Source: Azolla caroliniana (lineage: Eukaryota > Plantae > Polypodiophyta). From it: 64,000 bases of DNA. Each line of letters opens with the position of its first letter. Within the stretch, counting starts at the first letter, position 1. The notes beneath the pieces were generated by a model that worked only from the letters and a program-made list of their open reading frames with translations, was not told where the DNA came from and did not search any database. Location of the stretch: assembly GCA_043228905.1 (NCBI GenBank), contig JBHGNT010000008.1, positions 19,220,001-19,284,000 of the forward strand, in the 5' to 3' direction. Positions 13,205 through 26,441 of the stretch are shown here, piece after piece. Both the position numbers and the translations under genes were made by a program.

Positions 13205-13860
13205 TGTAACATTCATTCATCTACGGTTCGGTTTGAGCCGAGTCGAACCGCGAAACTGCAGCTTGACGGTTTTAACGGTTCGTTTTCAGGTTCAAGTTTT
13301 TGTAAACGGTTCGATTTCGGTATTGAGGGTTTACCAGTTTGGTTCGCTTGAGCATTTATTGGTTTAAATTTGTAAACAGTTTGATTTCGGTCCAGTTCGG
13401 TATTGGGGGTTTACTGGTTTGGTTTGGTTCGCTTGAGCATTTATTGGTTTTTATTTGTAAACGGTTCGATTTCGGTTCGGTTCGGTATTGGGGGTTTACC
13501 GGTTTGGTTCGCTTGAGCATTTATTGGTTTAAATGGTTTGAAACCATGGTTCAAACTCTTTGAAGGTTTAGGATTGACACTCGATAATTTTCTTAAATAT
13601 ATTTTTGAAAATTTTCAACCTAATTTTGAAATATTGAAAATTTTAATAATTTTGAATTTTGAATTTTCACCTAACTTAAAAACCAAAACCGAATCGTGAA
13701 ACCGCGGTTTTAACGGTTTGAAGGTTGGAAAGTCTCTAAAACCGTTTGGTTTGAGCTTGAATTTTTTGTAACAGTTCAAACGGTTTCATGTTTCAATTTA
13801 AAAAATGGTTTGAGTTTGACACTCTTGAACCGAACTAAACCCAACTGATACCAGTTGCTA
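13205..13860. mobile_element. hAT-like MITE, copy 2
   Basis: CGGTT/AACCG-rich arms, ending CCAGTTGCTA. Flanked by a near-identical 8-bp direct repeat, CTTAGAAC (13197-13204) and CTTAGAAG (13861-13868). Confidence 0.8.
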
Positions 13861-14150
13861 CTTAGAAGGTTGTTTGTTTGTTTGTGTGTGTGTGTGTGTG
13901 TCTTGAAAGTTGAAACTACATACATACATGGTTACCCACACAAGCACACACATTCAATCATTTCCAATGACCACCACACTTGTGTCTCTTAGGGCACCCA
14001 TAGCGTACTACACAGGACAACCACATCTCTAGTTATAGCTTCAATGAACTCCTTGTCATAGCCTAAAATGGGTTCTCATTTCGTTGTATGTGAATGGCTA
14101 CCTTAAATCGACATGTTCAAGTAGTGAAAATGGTTCTTCGCTGGAGCTTT

Positions 14151-14394
14151 TTTTCTTTTTTTTTAAAGATTTTCTTCAATAGTATTAAGAACAAAACGCT
14201 CGAAGGCTACAACTTGAACTTAACTACCAAGGAGGTTACAACTTTTCTTATACAATGATGTAAAATACAAGGATGTTTACATTTGTTGATATTCAAGAAA
14301 GAGTCCATGGAAGTCAATATTGCCATTGAGGCTCTTGAGTTGACATTGTAAACAGGGGCACCTTTTTCCATAACTGAAGAAGCTTTTTCTTGTC
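14151..14394 (-). mobile_element. 5'-truncated non-LTR retroelement 3' end with poly(A) tail and 12-bp TSD
   Basis: CGCTGGAGCTTT at 14139-14150 and 14395-14406 flanks a ~245-bp insert that begins with a poly-T tract on the + strand. The minus strand reads DKKKLLQLWKKVPLFTMSTQEPQWQY, resembling a LINE ORF2 C-terminus. Confidence 0.7.
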
Positions 14395-14640
14395 CGCTGG
14401 AGCTTTACTCTCAAATGATGCGAGTTTTGGCACTAATGGTCAGTTGTGTCGATTGCTTTGTGTGGCAATTCGTTGCAAGGGTGGTTTACTTCATTGACCT
14501 ACCAAGGATTTGAGATGGCAATTGTTGTGGTGCGGTGCACGTTTAAGGATGCCATTATCGAGTCAGGCCCGTCATTCGGGGGCATTATGTTTGTTTGCTT
14601 CTTGTAAATCTGCACAATGCCTTGACTAAAACTATCAAAC

Positions 14641-15070
14641 CGACCTCAAGCATGCGAGTCTACCCATCAAGTTTAAGCATGTCATTAAGCAGAGGAAAAG
14701 AAACTAGCAAGGATTTCCCTAGTAGCCACGAGAGAAACAAGAAGAGCCTAGCTTGAAAATTGTGAGGCCTTGTTGTGCAAATTTTAGTATGGAGAGGCAT
14801 CCTCTATGACAAGCGGAGCCCGAGTCCCTTGGAAACAAACATCAGAGAGGGTGAGATTCTCATCGACCATGGCCCTTGTTGCTCCACGAGGCACGATCGA
14901 TGAGTCAGGTTATTTTGGAATGGAACCCTAAGTGGGTGGTAAATCCCATCCAAGGCTAAATACATGCAAGAGATTGATTGCGAACAAATATCGCAAGGGG
15001 AAGATGTAAAGGACTTTGAAAAGAGAGTTAAAGAATGCTTGAAATTGTTGGGAGGGAAGCGAATAGAGGT
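14641..15070 (+). pseudogene. Degenerate 5' fragment of nuclear 26S/28S rRNA gene (orphan rDNA), possibly preceded by ITS2-derived sequence from ~14100
   Basis: Recognisable LSU 5' motifs: TACCC...GTTTAAGCATGTCATTAAGCAGAGGAAAAGAAACTAGCAAGGATTTCCCTAGTA, GGGTGGTAAATCCCATCCAAGGCTAAATAC and AAGGACTTTGAAAAGAGAGTTAAAGAATGCTTGAAATTG. There are many substitutions and no further rDNA downstream. Confidence 0.9.
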
Positions 15071-17545
15071 CGGTTGATCCCGATTCCATGGTATACAAAC
15101 AACTAGCCACCCCTGCCTTAGACCTTCTCTGTGCTTTCTTATCCTTTTCTTCTCACCTCCATCATTATGGACAATGCCCTAGTTTATAGAAGCTCGGAAT
15201 CATGGCCAAGCCATGTGCATGGGCATGTTATAATTAGTTGCGTAGTCCTAGGAGTCCACAAGGCAAAGATTGTAACTCTTCAATTCCTAGATGGCCATGC
15301 AATCAACCATATTCTAGATTGTTGCGCTAATAGACCTAAGTAAATGGTTCCATGCTCTTCACATGTGATTCCCTTTCTTGTCTACATTGTTTTTGGTTCT
15401 CATTTGTGAAGGCCCACTAGCATGGCTATGATATGTGAAATGAGATCTCTTATGAGTATGTCTATAACATGTGATCATACATTGCTAGAGTCTTTTATAG
15501 CAAAGATATATCACGCTACCTTTTGATCAACCAAATAACTTGAAACGGGGTTATATACATTCACATTAGGTTTTGGAAAAGTTATTACGATTTTAATGGC
15601 ATATGACATAAAGTCATGTTGTGGTTGCACTAATAGATTAACATATTTTCTTTCACAAGACCATCTCATGGAGATCCAAAGAGATTATTGTATTTTCAAT
15701 TCCATTACCAAACCTTCATTTTAATATGATTTATATTTTTCGAGAATTAACTTATAAGCTCTAAAATTGATTATTTTGTTAAAAAAATGTGGTGGTTTTA
15801 AATGAATGAAATCAAGAGGAAATTAATGGCACTAAGAATGAGAGCTCTCTTTAGGGAATATGGCAAGGGCACACATTGATAGGTAGATTTGAAGGTCAAA
15901 TATCACTTATGGGACAAAAATATATAGTGTTTTCATTCAATATATGTGAAGATGTGCAATAAGTCTCTATGTTCAAGAACTTTACGAATTAATGTTAAAA
16001 TTGAGAATACATAATGTGGCTAAGAAAAATTTGGCCAAGGGTTGGGTTTGGTCAAAGATGTGTGGAAGCATAATCGAATGTGTTCAAAGGTAGAGCATTA
16101 TATCAAAGTGTCATACTTAAAGTCCCAAACTTGTTCAAGGCAAATTTAATATGCCTAATCGACATCAAATGTGCTCTAACAACCCACCTCACATTGAAGC
16201 AAGTGTAAACTAAGCTATATGGAAACAATTGTTTGGATGATATACACAAGGATTGGCTCTAACATGATTTGATGTATACATTTTCCCATTTAGTGAAGAA
16301 TATGGTTTTGGAGTTAGGTGCAACATATATAGTGTATTGTGTAAAGCATGAGCATCTACACTTTCCCCTTTTTATGGTACATTGGTGCTTCAAAAATGTC
16401 TCATTCATATAAGAATCTATTAATGCAATACGAAGCAAGTGTGTTGCATCCCATATTCCAAACCATTATTTTATATATTTTATTTATCCCAAGAACACAA
16501 AAAATTTCTTTTATGCACCTTTTAGCTTTCCCATTAAATTGTGATTCAAAGAAGTCAGTATGAAGATTTTTTTGAACCTTGAGCATGTCCTTAACAACCA
16601 TTTCTATGACCAAATATCGATAGAAAACAATCTCATCTCAATGAGTAGGTATGGCTTTACTTTCTTTACTTGGAGAAATTTTGCAAGAAAATGTTGTTGG
16701 ACAACTATAAAGCCTTTCTAAGCAGACTTAGGGATGCTTCGACCCCATACTTCAACCCCATATGCATAAACTAAATAGAGTCGATGAGCCTCGACTTAAA
16801 AGTTTTTCCATGCACCGAGTGACAATTTGTGTCGTGATCCAAAATACACTGGAACAGTAACACATCAATCACACTTCAAATTGTGTTTCCTGCACTTAAA
16901 ACCATTACAACAAGCCCGTAAGGATATGCCATTTGCAATAAGCATTCCACTACTATTGCACATTGGTAGAAGTAACACATTCTAAAACTATTGAGCTTCA
17001 AGGACACACGGATAAAATTGGGTTTTGGGTTTTGGGTTCTCAAAGGTCAAATGAGACCTATAGAATAAAAATGCAACAAGTTTACATTGAAAAGGAAAGC
17101 TTGTGATACAATTATCAAAAGACACAACCAACCATATAAAAAAGTAGAATGGATTACGGTTGCATTACGAAATCCCTTTGCATAACATACAACCTTTAGA
17201 GCAGATTGGAAATTGATGTTTGAATATTTCAGACAATCAGTCTTCCACATACAAGATGATGGGGACTCATCATAGAATATATTATGGCAGAAAACCAGTC
17301 CATAAGCAGCTTCCAAAAACCTTGAAATAATGATATATGCCCCCAATGTTTGCTAATAATACGTGAGAGATGTTAAGCTAGAAAAATAGAGAACCACTGC
17401 AATCAATTGACTTTATTCTTTAGATTAAATTTGCCCACTGCCTGTTGTGCTTAGTTGAATTTTAACCTTGAGCCCCATAGGGTGAAATAAAATGCTCATA
17501 CATTGATACACATTCCAATTGAGTCATTGATATTTCATTGATCTC

Positions 17546-20500
17546 CTAGACCCCCGTGGCATATAATCGGGTCCATTCTTTAGCTGCAAAAGAAACCACA
17601 AGGAATTAAAATCCCTGTGATTACATTCTGCTCTTGCATATTTGATATTCACTGTAATTCCCTCCTTGTTCTTACAGACCCACCTTATTCTTGCATATTT
17701 ACTATGGCTTGTAATGTGGTACTTGTTGCTTAAGAACCAACATTCAACAAGCTCTGTCTACCATATTAAACTTGAAAAAATTACCCATAACTATTACCTG
17801 TTTCCACAGCTTCAGTTTCATTACTCTTCCAATGTTTTGCTATGTTTTCAGAAAGAGGATCATCTGGATTTGGGACACTTAAGAGTGCTTGAATACTGCA
17901 AAATGAAGTTTCATAATTCAGGTCAAATCATTTAGGGTACACCAGATATTAGGCATATAGCATCAGCAAGTAAAATTCAAGAACCTCAAAAGGACGGTTC
18001 GAATTTGAAGTGCAGGACTCCATTTATCTTTCAGAATATCTAGGCAAATGCGACCCAACTGTATACACGGTTGTTTAAGCTGTGTGGCTTGGCTATGCAA
18101 TTTTCACACATAATTTTATTAGTTTTAAAAAAGAGGTACCTTATCAATGTTTGGATGATATATCTTAGTCAAGAACCTGACCTGCAATTGAAAAAAGATT
18201 TGAGATGAAACAATAAACTAAAACAATAATACATGGTGTTTCACATAACATTACAGCTTTAAATTTTGAAAACATGCCATGCTGAGATATATGTTGCCTT
18301 CTCAGGCATCCCAATTGTTTTCCTACTCTCAATTTCCTTTCTGGGAGGATGGCAAGGCAACGCTGAACAGAGCCCTATATTGAGCGCTTCTTCCCTAAGT
18401 ACTTGCCTATGTCCTCTTGTGCACCTCCTGGGCTGATTGGAGGATACAAGGGAAGAATAGAAATAGGAGGTAATCACAGTGTGTCACATCAGAAAATTAA
18501 CACAAAAAATTAGCACACAGTTGATAAACAAAGAATTACTGCCAATCAAAACAATACTACATAATGTTTTCTCTATCAGTCAACCACCCCCACTTACAAC
18601 TGCACCACTCGGTGGCTTAAATCGGTCAGCTATTTTAGCTTTAATGATTTAATTGTTAAACAACCTTCCAGTCTAATTAAGCATTCCTAGTTTTCCCACG
18701 AATTTACAATTGTGTCCTGACGTCTGTTACACACCCACTGGACAGCCAACACACATGATCTCGAGCAACACTCTACCATCCATTATCTCCCTTAAGCCTT
18801 CTCTTAAATTCATACTAAAAATCCTAAGTATTTTGATCCTGTTTAAGTGGAATTCTTTGGATGGATTTTACTGAAACTAGAATATCTTTGTCATGCTATT
18901 TCTAGATAGCTACATTACATGATTCTGCCGATGGTAATGCTTTTTTGTTGCATAAAATGAATGATACTCAAAAACTAAAACTAAGTTGCCGATGTAGAAC
19001 AAAAGCAAAAGTGGCCTTCAAGAGAACACATTTTTCTAGTCAGGCATAAATGATATATATAAGGATAGATCCACATATCTCGAAGAACAAAAACAAGAGT
19101 TTACAATGGATGAAGGCTTTATGCGCAAATGAAGAGTGATGTTTCGTGTGAAGTTGCTGCAATACATACATCAAAACTGATGCATCAAAACAGACATTGG
19201 TAAGACATGCCTCCATTCACAGACAATGCCCATTAACCACGTCACCACTGGAGCTACAATTTAACCATAATAGTAGATGATGTTGAGCTTTATTAATTAA
19301 AAGGTTTTCCAAATTCAGTGAGAAATGAACATGTGGAGAAAACAGATAGGCTGGTCACACGTGGAGACTATAAAAATCAACAAGCTTGTATACTTTGAAG
19401 TACTCTAAGAGCAATAAATGGAGGTGAGATCATCTTGCACCAGGAAGATACATGTTGGTCTAAGGATAGAAATCTGGATCACACATGGAGACAATGAGAA
19501 AATCAACAGGCTTGTATCCTTTGAAGTACTCTACAAGCATTAAGTGGAAGCGAGATCATCTTGCACCAGGTAGATACATCCGTCTAAGGATAAAAACTTC
19601 AGATTTCACAACTCAAAACACAAGTCAAAATATGAAACCAAAGGCACAGTTCCATGATCTAGGTCAAAGTATTACGTTGAAAATAAAGTAATTAAAACAG
19701 TGGAAAGATGTCATTAAAGTTTTTAAGAAAACCTTGGGTGCAGCCATAGGATACTCTTCAGGCAAGAAGAGCTCAAGCTTGAAAACTCCACCTATAAAAA
19801 AACACAAAATATAGCATAATGAGCGGAAATTTAAGGCATCTTGTTCTGTCCCTTCTTCAATGAGAAGCTGAGGGCATATCTCTATCGCCTCAAAAGGTAC
19901 ATAATAGTTTAGTACAATGAGAAGATCTTTCTATTTACCATAAGATTCAAATGGATGATAATTCTGCTATCATAGATCACTTTGGCCTTTTGATGGCGTT
20001 AATATAACAGATCATTTTCATTCTCTCTCTCTCTTTGATAAGCTGAGAGCATATGCATTAAAGAAACATAATGAGAATACCCTCTCTAGTTATATGCATA
20101 ATGTTTGTGCATCATATACCAAATAAGACCACACTCTACTATCATCATCTTTGACTAAATATATCATCATCATCACTGAACATAGCAAAGGGCCCGGTTT
20201 CGGCTCAAACCGAACCGAACCGTTAAACCATGTCTTAACGGTTTATTGGTTCAAAGATAAATAAACAATTTGGTTCGGTTCAGTTCAGTTTTGATTCCAT
20301 GGTTTAGGGGTTTAGTGGCTTATCGGTTTTGGTTTATGTGGTTCGGTTTAAAGGTTTATTGGTTTCAAAATTCTCCTAAATTTTCACCTCTAGGCTCTAA
20401 CTTTCAACTTTTAATTTTAAACACTAGTTTTAACTTATTAAATTTTATATGCATTATATGTAGAGTCTCCTTTTGATTTATGATGATCAAAGTTATGATA

Positions 20501-23500
20501 AGTATGATGACCAAATTTATGATAAGTATGATGACCAAATTTATAATAAGTATAATGACCAAATTTATGATAAGTATGATGACCAAATTTATAAAAGTAT
20601 AACGACCAAATTTATGATAAGTATGATGACCAAATTTATAATAAGTATAACGACCAAATTTATGATAAGTATGATGACCAAATTTATAATAAGTATAACG
20701 ACCAAATTTATGATGATTTTCTCACACAAATTCATAATAAGTATGATAATCAATATCTATCAAAAATGGTTTGGTTTGGTTTTGATTTATGATAAACCGG
20801 TTTGGTTGGTTCTAAATTTTTTGTAAACAGTTTGGTTTCTCCTATCTTTTAAATGGTTCGGTTTAAATGGCTTCATAAATTTTAAATAGTTTGGTTTGGT
20901 TTTTATTATGAATAAATGGTTTGGTTTGGTTTCAAGGCCAAGCCCATTGCTAACTGACTACACGTAATATTAATTCGATACATAAAGGGAACTCCTTGTA
21001 CTTGTAAATTCTCAATGAGGCTTGTAAAAGAAGTTCATTTTACTTTATTTCTTTCTCTATCGATCTGAAATCATCAATCTCTCAAGCTAAAAAGTTCATA
21101 TTACATTAGTATAGAATAACGATCCTTCAGAACCAACAAACGGCCAAACAAAACATCATGGAAAACATCTATCAAAGCGAGGGTTTCAAAACCATGTAGT
21201 TATCTACAAGAGAATGAGCCCAAGGCCAGATCCTAGAAACCTTGCACGTTTCCTAATAGGAGGCACATACACCACAATGGATTACATCCAAAGAAACACG
21301 GGAAGCCCCCAAAACCATTAACACCCTCCCATCCAAACCCTGCCAACCACGTTTACCTTGCCAAAACTATGCCAGCAACATGCTACCACTGTCACCAACT
21401 TCAGCACCATTCACCAACATGAACTTCACCCATAATCTAGCAGAAACTTGCAGTCAGCACATCATGGACTACCATTTAGACAAGCACAATCCTTGATTCT
21501 CCCACTTCACAATACTCCACTGGAGTCCATTACCTCTACATTCAACACTATCCCACACATACCTTAAGATGATGCTTATAGGTGGAAATGCCTCAAAAGG
21601 CAACCTTCAAGTCTTAGACATTGTTTGATGACATATCTGAGCGCCCCAACAGTCAACATTAGTCTCAGACCCATTATCCACAACTATGGCATTATTATGC
21701 AAAGAGCGTGTATTATACCCATAACCAGCCTACCATACCCCAGCCATCAAAGACTCGACCCACTACCTCCACTCTCTTCAACATGAATGATCATCCAAAA
21801 CAAGACTACAAGTTGAACATCCCATATACATGGCAAGCACACTAGCCCCCAGTCCAAGATGATAGAAGGAGAAATTATTGTCCCTTGCTCTATGGCAACT
21901 CTATGCAACAAAAGACTTGGATTACACTGTGGGTCTCTTCCCACAAAATATGGACAATTACAATTATCATTCAGAAGCTTCTCAAAGGACACATTCATAC
22001 AAAGAGAGTAAGATACATAGTAACGTACATGACCCATATTAATCACAAGGCAATAGGCACACTCAGAGTTTCCACACATCAGTTAGAGATTCAAGCTGAA
22101 GAGCACTTGCAATACCTAGGACCATAGGAATTTGCAAGTTATTTCAAAGAGAGGTGAAGAGCAAGGAATACTTTGTATGCCATTCCCAGCCTCCAAACAT
22201 CATAGAGAAGTAACGCATTCTTCATGAAGTACACCACCGTTCTGCATGGAGTTGACCTGTCACGTTGACTCAAGGCTAGCTCTATCTTTAGCAGCATAGG
22301 TAACTGCTTCCATAGGACCCCACAACAATGTCCCAAGGAGTCCCCATTGAGTGAGCAGAGGAATGTTAACAGAGACCAGGAGTACCAGGATACGTTGTAC
22401 ATCGACCATACCAGTACCAGATCATGGAGATCATTGCCCATCATATCGAAGCTTGTCCAAGGACACCAAAATGCAGTTGTTATAATTCATTCCTTGCCTC
22501 TTTCCACCACAACAAACAACATCAGACCCTCATGTCCCCTCAGAATCACTCATTACTCTATACATAGTAGGTACACACTTCATGCTTGCAACACACCCTC
22601 AAGAAGTATTACCAACTGTAACCCCACCTTCTGAATTATTATCATCATCATCAATCTTTAGAAAACCTACAGCTTTCATTTTATCGGTGTGGATAGCCAA
22701 AAGCTAACCATATCTGGAAGTATGGATTTGCTTCATACACCAATTTCGACCTCTATAGCGTACACAATAATATTCTCTTTCTATCTCTATCTCTCTGCCA
22801 AAATCTGCAGTCTCTATTTTCAAAATTTATCAATAGAAAAACCACAGCACCAAGGGTCACAAATCAATTCCACCCACACAGTGCATGGAAATGTTACACT
22901 CTAGTCCCATAGGTCACATATGACCGCCGAGGAACCTCTATAGCGTACACAATAATATTCTCTTTCTATCTCTATCTCTCTGCCAAAAACTGCAGTCTCT
23001 ATTTTCAAAATTTATCAATAGAAAAACCACAGCACCAGGGGTCACAAATCAATTCCACCCACACAGTGCATGGAAATGTTACACTCTAGTCCCATAGGTC
23101 ACATATGACCGCCGAGGAACCTCTATAGCGTACACAATAATATTCTCTTTCTATCTCTATCTCTCAGCCAAAATCTGCATTCTCTATTTTCAAAATTTAT
23201 CAATAGAAAAACCACAGCACCAAGGGTCACAAATCAATTCCACCCACATAGTGCATGGAAATGTTACACTCTAGTCCCATAGGTCACATATGACCACCGA
23301 GGATTCCTCGATAGTAAAATATATCTCTCTCCCTCTCTCTAACATACACACACCAAAACGGTCATATAATTACAAGTGAGTACCCTCGTAAGGAGACTGT
23401 GCAGGTCCAAGAATCATGACATTGAAGTAGCGCAGATTATCTTCTGATGGAGAAGCACTGATCCCAGGAGCTACAATTAAAAATCGTCCCAAACCAGAAC

Positions 23501-24059
23501 AAGCAAACACTTGAGATCGGGATTTCAGACCAGGCAACTATTTCACTAGATCAATGTATAAAATCAAAGAAGAATCTTGAAATATGTTTACCTGGTTCAC
23601 TGAGCAATCTCTGAGTTTCCTGGAAAAGGATAATAGGTAAGATTAAGGAAGAAAGAATTTACAAGCAAAACACCAGCATTAGGCACAAGAAAATGACATG
23701 AAAGAGAAGAATAATCTGCGATCAAGTACAGATGCAACGAGAACATCAAGTAGTAACAAGAAAGAAAATATTGACAGAAAAAGGAAAGATTTACCTTTCA
23801 ACAATAACATACACAAGCAGGAATGATCAATAGAGAACAAGAAAAGATGAGAGAAGAAAGGTTTGCCTTCGACCACAACAGTTACACAAAGCATCATCAA
23901 CACGAGCGAGAAAAGGAGCAGAAACGAACAGATTTTCCTTCGATCATAGCAGTCGTAAGAAAGTATCATCAACGCGAACAATGAAAAGGAACAGAGAAGG
24001 GAAAGGGGGGATGTGAATACCTTGATGATACGGCGAGGAAGATTGCTACTGGCAGACAT
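17546..24059 (-). CDS. UBC13: Ubiquitin-conjugating enzyme E2 N (K63-chain forming; UBC35/36-like), 8 exons
   Basis: Exons 24021-24059, 23592-23619, 23384-23470, 19733-19791, 18140-18181, 17985-18058, 17798-17895 and 17546-17583 give [45 protein letters not shown]...[38 protein letters not shown]...[12 protein letters not shown]. Confidence 0.97.
19353..19596. repeat. Diverged ~125-bp tandem duplication in a UBC13 intron
   Basis: The blocks TCACACRTGGAGAC...CTTTGAAGTACTCTA...GAGATCATCTTGCACCAGG...GTCTAAGGATA occur twice. Confidence 0.8.
20183..20952. mobile_element. hAT-like MITE, related subfamily, in UBC13 intron 3; carries an internal 24-bp minisatellite
   Basis: TIRs TAGCAAAGGGC / GCCCATTGCTA, with flanks ACTGAACA / ACTGACTA (6/8 match). 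About 10 copies of TTTATGATAAGTATGATGACCAAA lie at ~20477-20712. Confidence 0.75.
21150..22560 (+). mobile_element. Highly decayed LINE (RTE-like) RT fragment in UBC13 intron 3
   Basis: No intact ORF. Scattered RT-like remnants (WITSKE, TFNTIPH, LSTTMA, QYLG) occur in an order similar to the RTE-like element at 36.2-38.2 kb. Confidence 0.4.
22751..23305. repeat. Three near-identical 185-bp tandem repeats
   Basis: The unit starting CTCTATAGCGTACACAATAATATTCTC begins at 22751, 22936 and 23121. Confidence 0.95.
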
Positions 24060-24646
24060 AGTTCTGAGCAGAGAGGCAGAGAGAGGGGGGGGGGGGGGGG
24101 GGGGTAGTAACTGTGATTAGGGTTTCTGGGGGAGGTAAATTAGGTTTAGGGTTTGCTTAGAAGACAATCTTCTGGTTCACACTCTCTCTGTGATATAATT
24201 TACTAAAGTCTCTCTCTCTCTTCATGTTTCTGTCTCTGTGATTTTATTTATTTATTACTTCAAACAAAAATATTAAATAAAAATTATTTATTAATATGTA
24301 CAAAAATACACTCTCATCCCCACTGAATAAAAGAGAGTGTGTGTGTGTGTGGTGTGTGTGTGTGTGTTTATTTCAACAAACAATGAGAGTAGTAGTACTT
24401 TTTGTAAATTCCGAGAATACCCCTCCCTCCTCCCCTTCTCACTTGGCAAGTTGGCCCTCATACCACCAATAACATAACATAACAGAACCTAACCTATCTT
24501 CATGCTTCTTCGGTAGCGGCCCGGCTCCATGGGTTTCGTATGTCTCACTTGTTGTCCTAGGCAAACTTAACATGAGGGAGAGAGAGAGAGAGCGATAATC
24601 ACCAGTATTGTAGAATCTCACTTGTTGTCCTAGGCAAACTTAACAC

Positions 24647-24686
<40 letters not shown>

Positions 24687-24774
24687 CTTACCAATGCAGA
24701 CCAGGTGGTCATGGGTTCAACCCCTACATTCCACCGTGGCATCTAGTGAATTAAGAGTATATGAAATATATAAT

Positions 24775-24850
24775 AGATAGGTGAGGAGATTGGGTTTCGA
24801 ACGCAAAACACAGTGTGTAGTAGTGTTAACAACTTACCACCAGGGTAAGG
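24775..24850 (-). mobile_element. Possible tRNA-derived SINE head
   Basis: The minus strand has CTTACCCTGGTGGTAAG (A-box-like) and GTTCGAAACCC (B-box-like) but no full cloverleaf. A similar head, CTTACCTTAGTGGTAAGTTG, lies at ~52498. Confidence 0.35.
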
Positions 24851-26165
24851 TACTTACGAGAGGAAAAAAAAATAGGCTTACCAAAAATCCCCATAGAATC
24901 TTGCTCAAAACTGGCATATGCAACGTGCTGCTTTTGGTTCGCTTGATGCTCGAATTACGTGGAGTTTGAAGGCAACTATTCGACACTCAAAAAAGGTAGA
25001 TTTGGTATGAAAACTCGTTCTTTCCGTCAAAAACTTTTTTGTGAAGTTTCTGACGGAAATCATGTCCCCCCGCCCCTGAATTGCATGGGTTGTTAGGTGT
25101 GGCACGATGAAATAGGCCCTCCATGTAGCGGAACTCAATGATGAGGTACACAAAGGGGCTTTTGCTTTTTGTGAGGTATGTATGTATCTTGACATTTATT
25201 AGGCAAGAACAAATGTTTGAGGTTTTGCTCTATATTGACATAACTACAACAATTGGTACCGTCAATTCTCATGAGTTGTTGAGAGCATAACATGTTAGCA
25301 CAAACTAGTGTATATAGACCACATGATATCTGTTGAAGGTCATTAATTATAATGTGGATCGAATCATGGTGTTTTTCGTGACATGTCATGGGTTGAACTA
25401 TCGTGGTTGCATCTTCGACATTACTGAATAGTATTGCACTGAAGGTGTTGCAATTGTAGAGCTTATATGAAATAGCGTCAATATATTATTCACCCATGAG
25501 TGAAGATAGATAGCTCATTAGAACGGGGATTATACTAGGCTCTAGTCATAGAATGAACTTCATTTTGTGGTAAGAGATTAATCAAAGTCCAAGCGTTTTG
25601 CCCGAATAGCCATCCGACTAAGTTTGCATATGCATGCACATACATGCAAATGGGAATCTTATATTCACCGCATTCAAATGAGTATTTTACATCGATCAAC
25701 CTTTTTCTTTCTTCGATTCCATTCCACCATAACGATTGAAGAATTAATTGTTTAGTAGATTGATTGCACATGTCGACTATAATGATCGAACAATTACTCG
25801 TTGAGTATATTAGGATTAAGTCTGGCAATGCACATATTTCTATGGATAACTTATCCAATTGATAAAATTGGCGCCCAAATGGAGAGGTACAGTACGTGCC
25901 GAATTGAAGCAATATACAAGGAGGGTTTCCAATGGAATCAATGCAATGGAAGCGTCCTATTGCATGAAGTGATGTTATTCAAACGTCAGATTAACACACA
26001 CACACACACACAAGAAATGCACCCACCCATGGCTCTTACATACATTAACAAAAGTTATATAGATTAAGTTAAAGCAGGTCCTAATTAATACAAAAAACAA
26101 TTAGGGTAGGATATGTATATACATGTGTGCACACATACAAGAGATGTAGTAAGTTATATAGTAGA

Positions 26166-26441
26166 GGTTTAGGATTTAGGGAGGGTTTAATGTTTAAGGT
26201 TTAGGGAAGGTTTAAGGTTTAGGATTTAGGGAAAGTTTAAGGTTTAGGGTTTAGGATTTAGGGAAGGTCTAAGGCCCAGGGTTTAGGGTTTTAAACATTA
26301 ATGTGTAGGGTTAGGGAAGGTTTAAGGTTCAGGGTTTAGGGAAGGTTTAGGGTTTTAAACTTTAATGTTTAGGGAAGATTTAGGGTTAGGGTTTAGGAAG
26401 GGTTTAGGGTTTAGGGTTTAGAGTGTTGAAGGTTTAGGGTT
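26166..26441 (+). repeat. Interstitial degenerate telomere-like (TTTAGGG) array
   Basis: About 275 bp of TTTAGGG, TTTAAGG, TTTAGGA and TTAGGG variants interspersed with GAAGG. Confidence 0.85.

Noticed and set aside
14641-15070. Functional rRNA gene
   Set aside because: It is short, heavily mutated in conserved motifs, and has no recognisable 18S, 5.8S or remainder of 26S.
20404-20826. ORFs with YDDQIYDK / IILIINLV repeats
   Set aside because: They are translations of the 24-bp minisatellite inside a MITE.
26166-26441. True chromosome end
   Set aside because: The repeats are degenerate, short and flanked by unique sequence on both sides.
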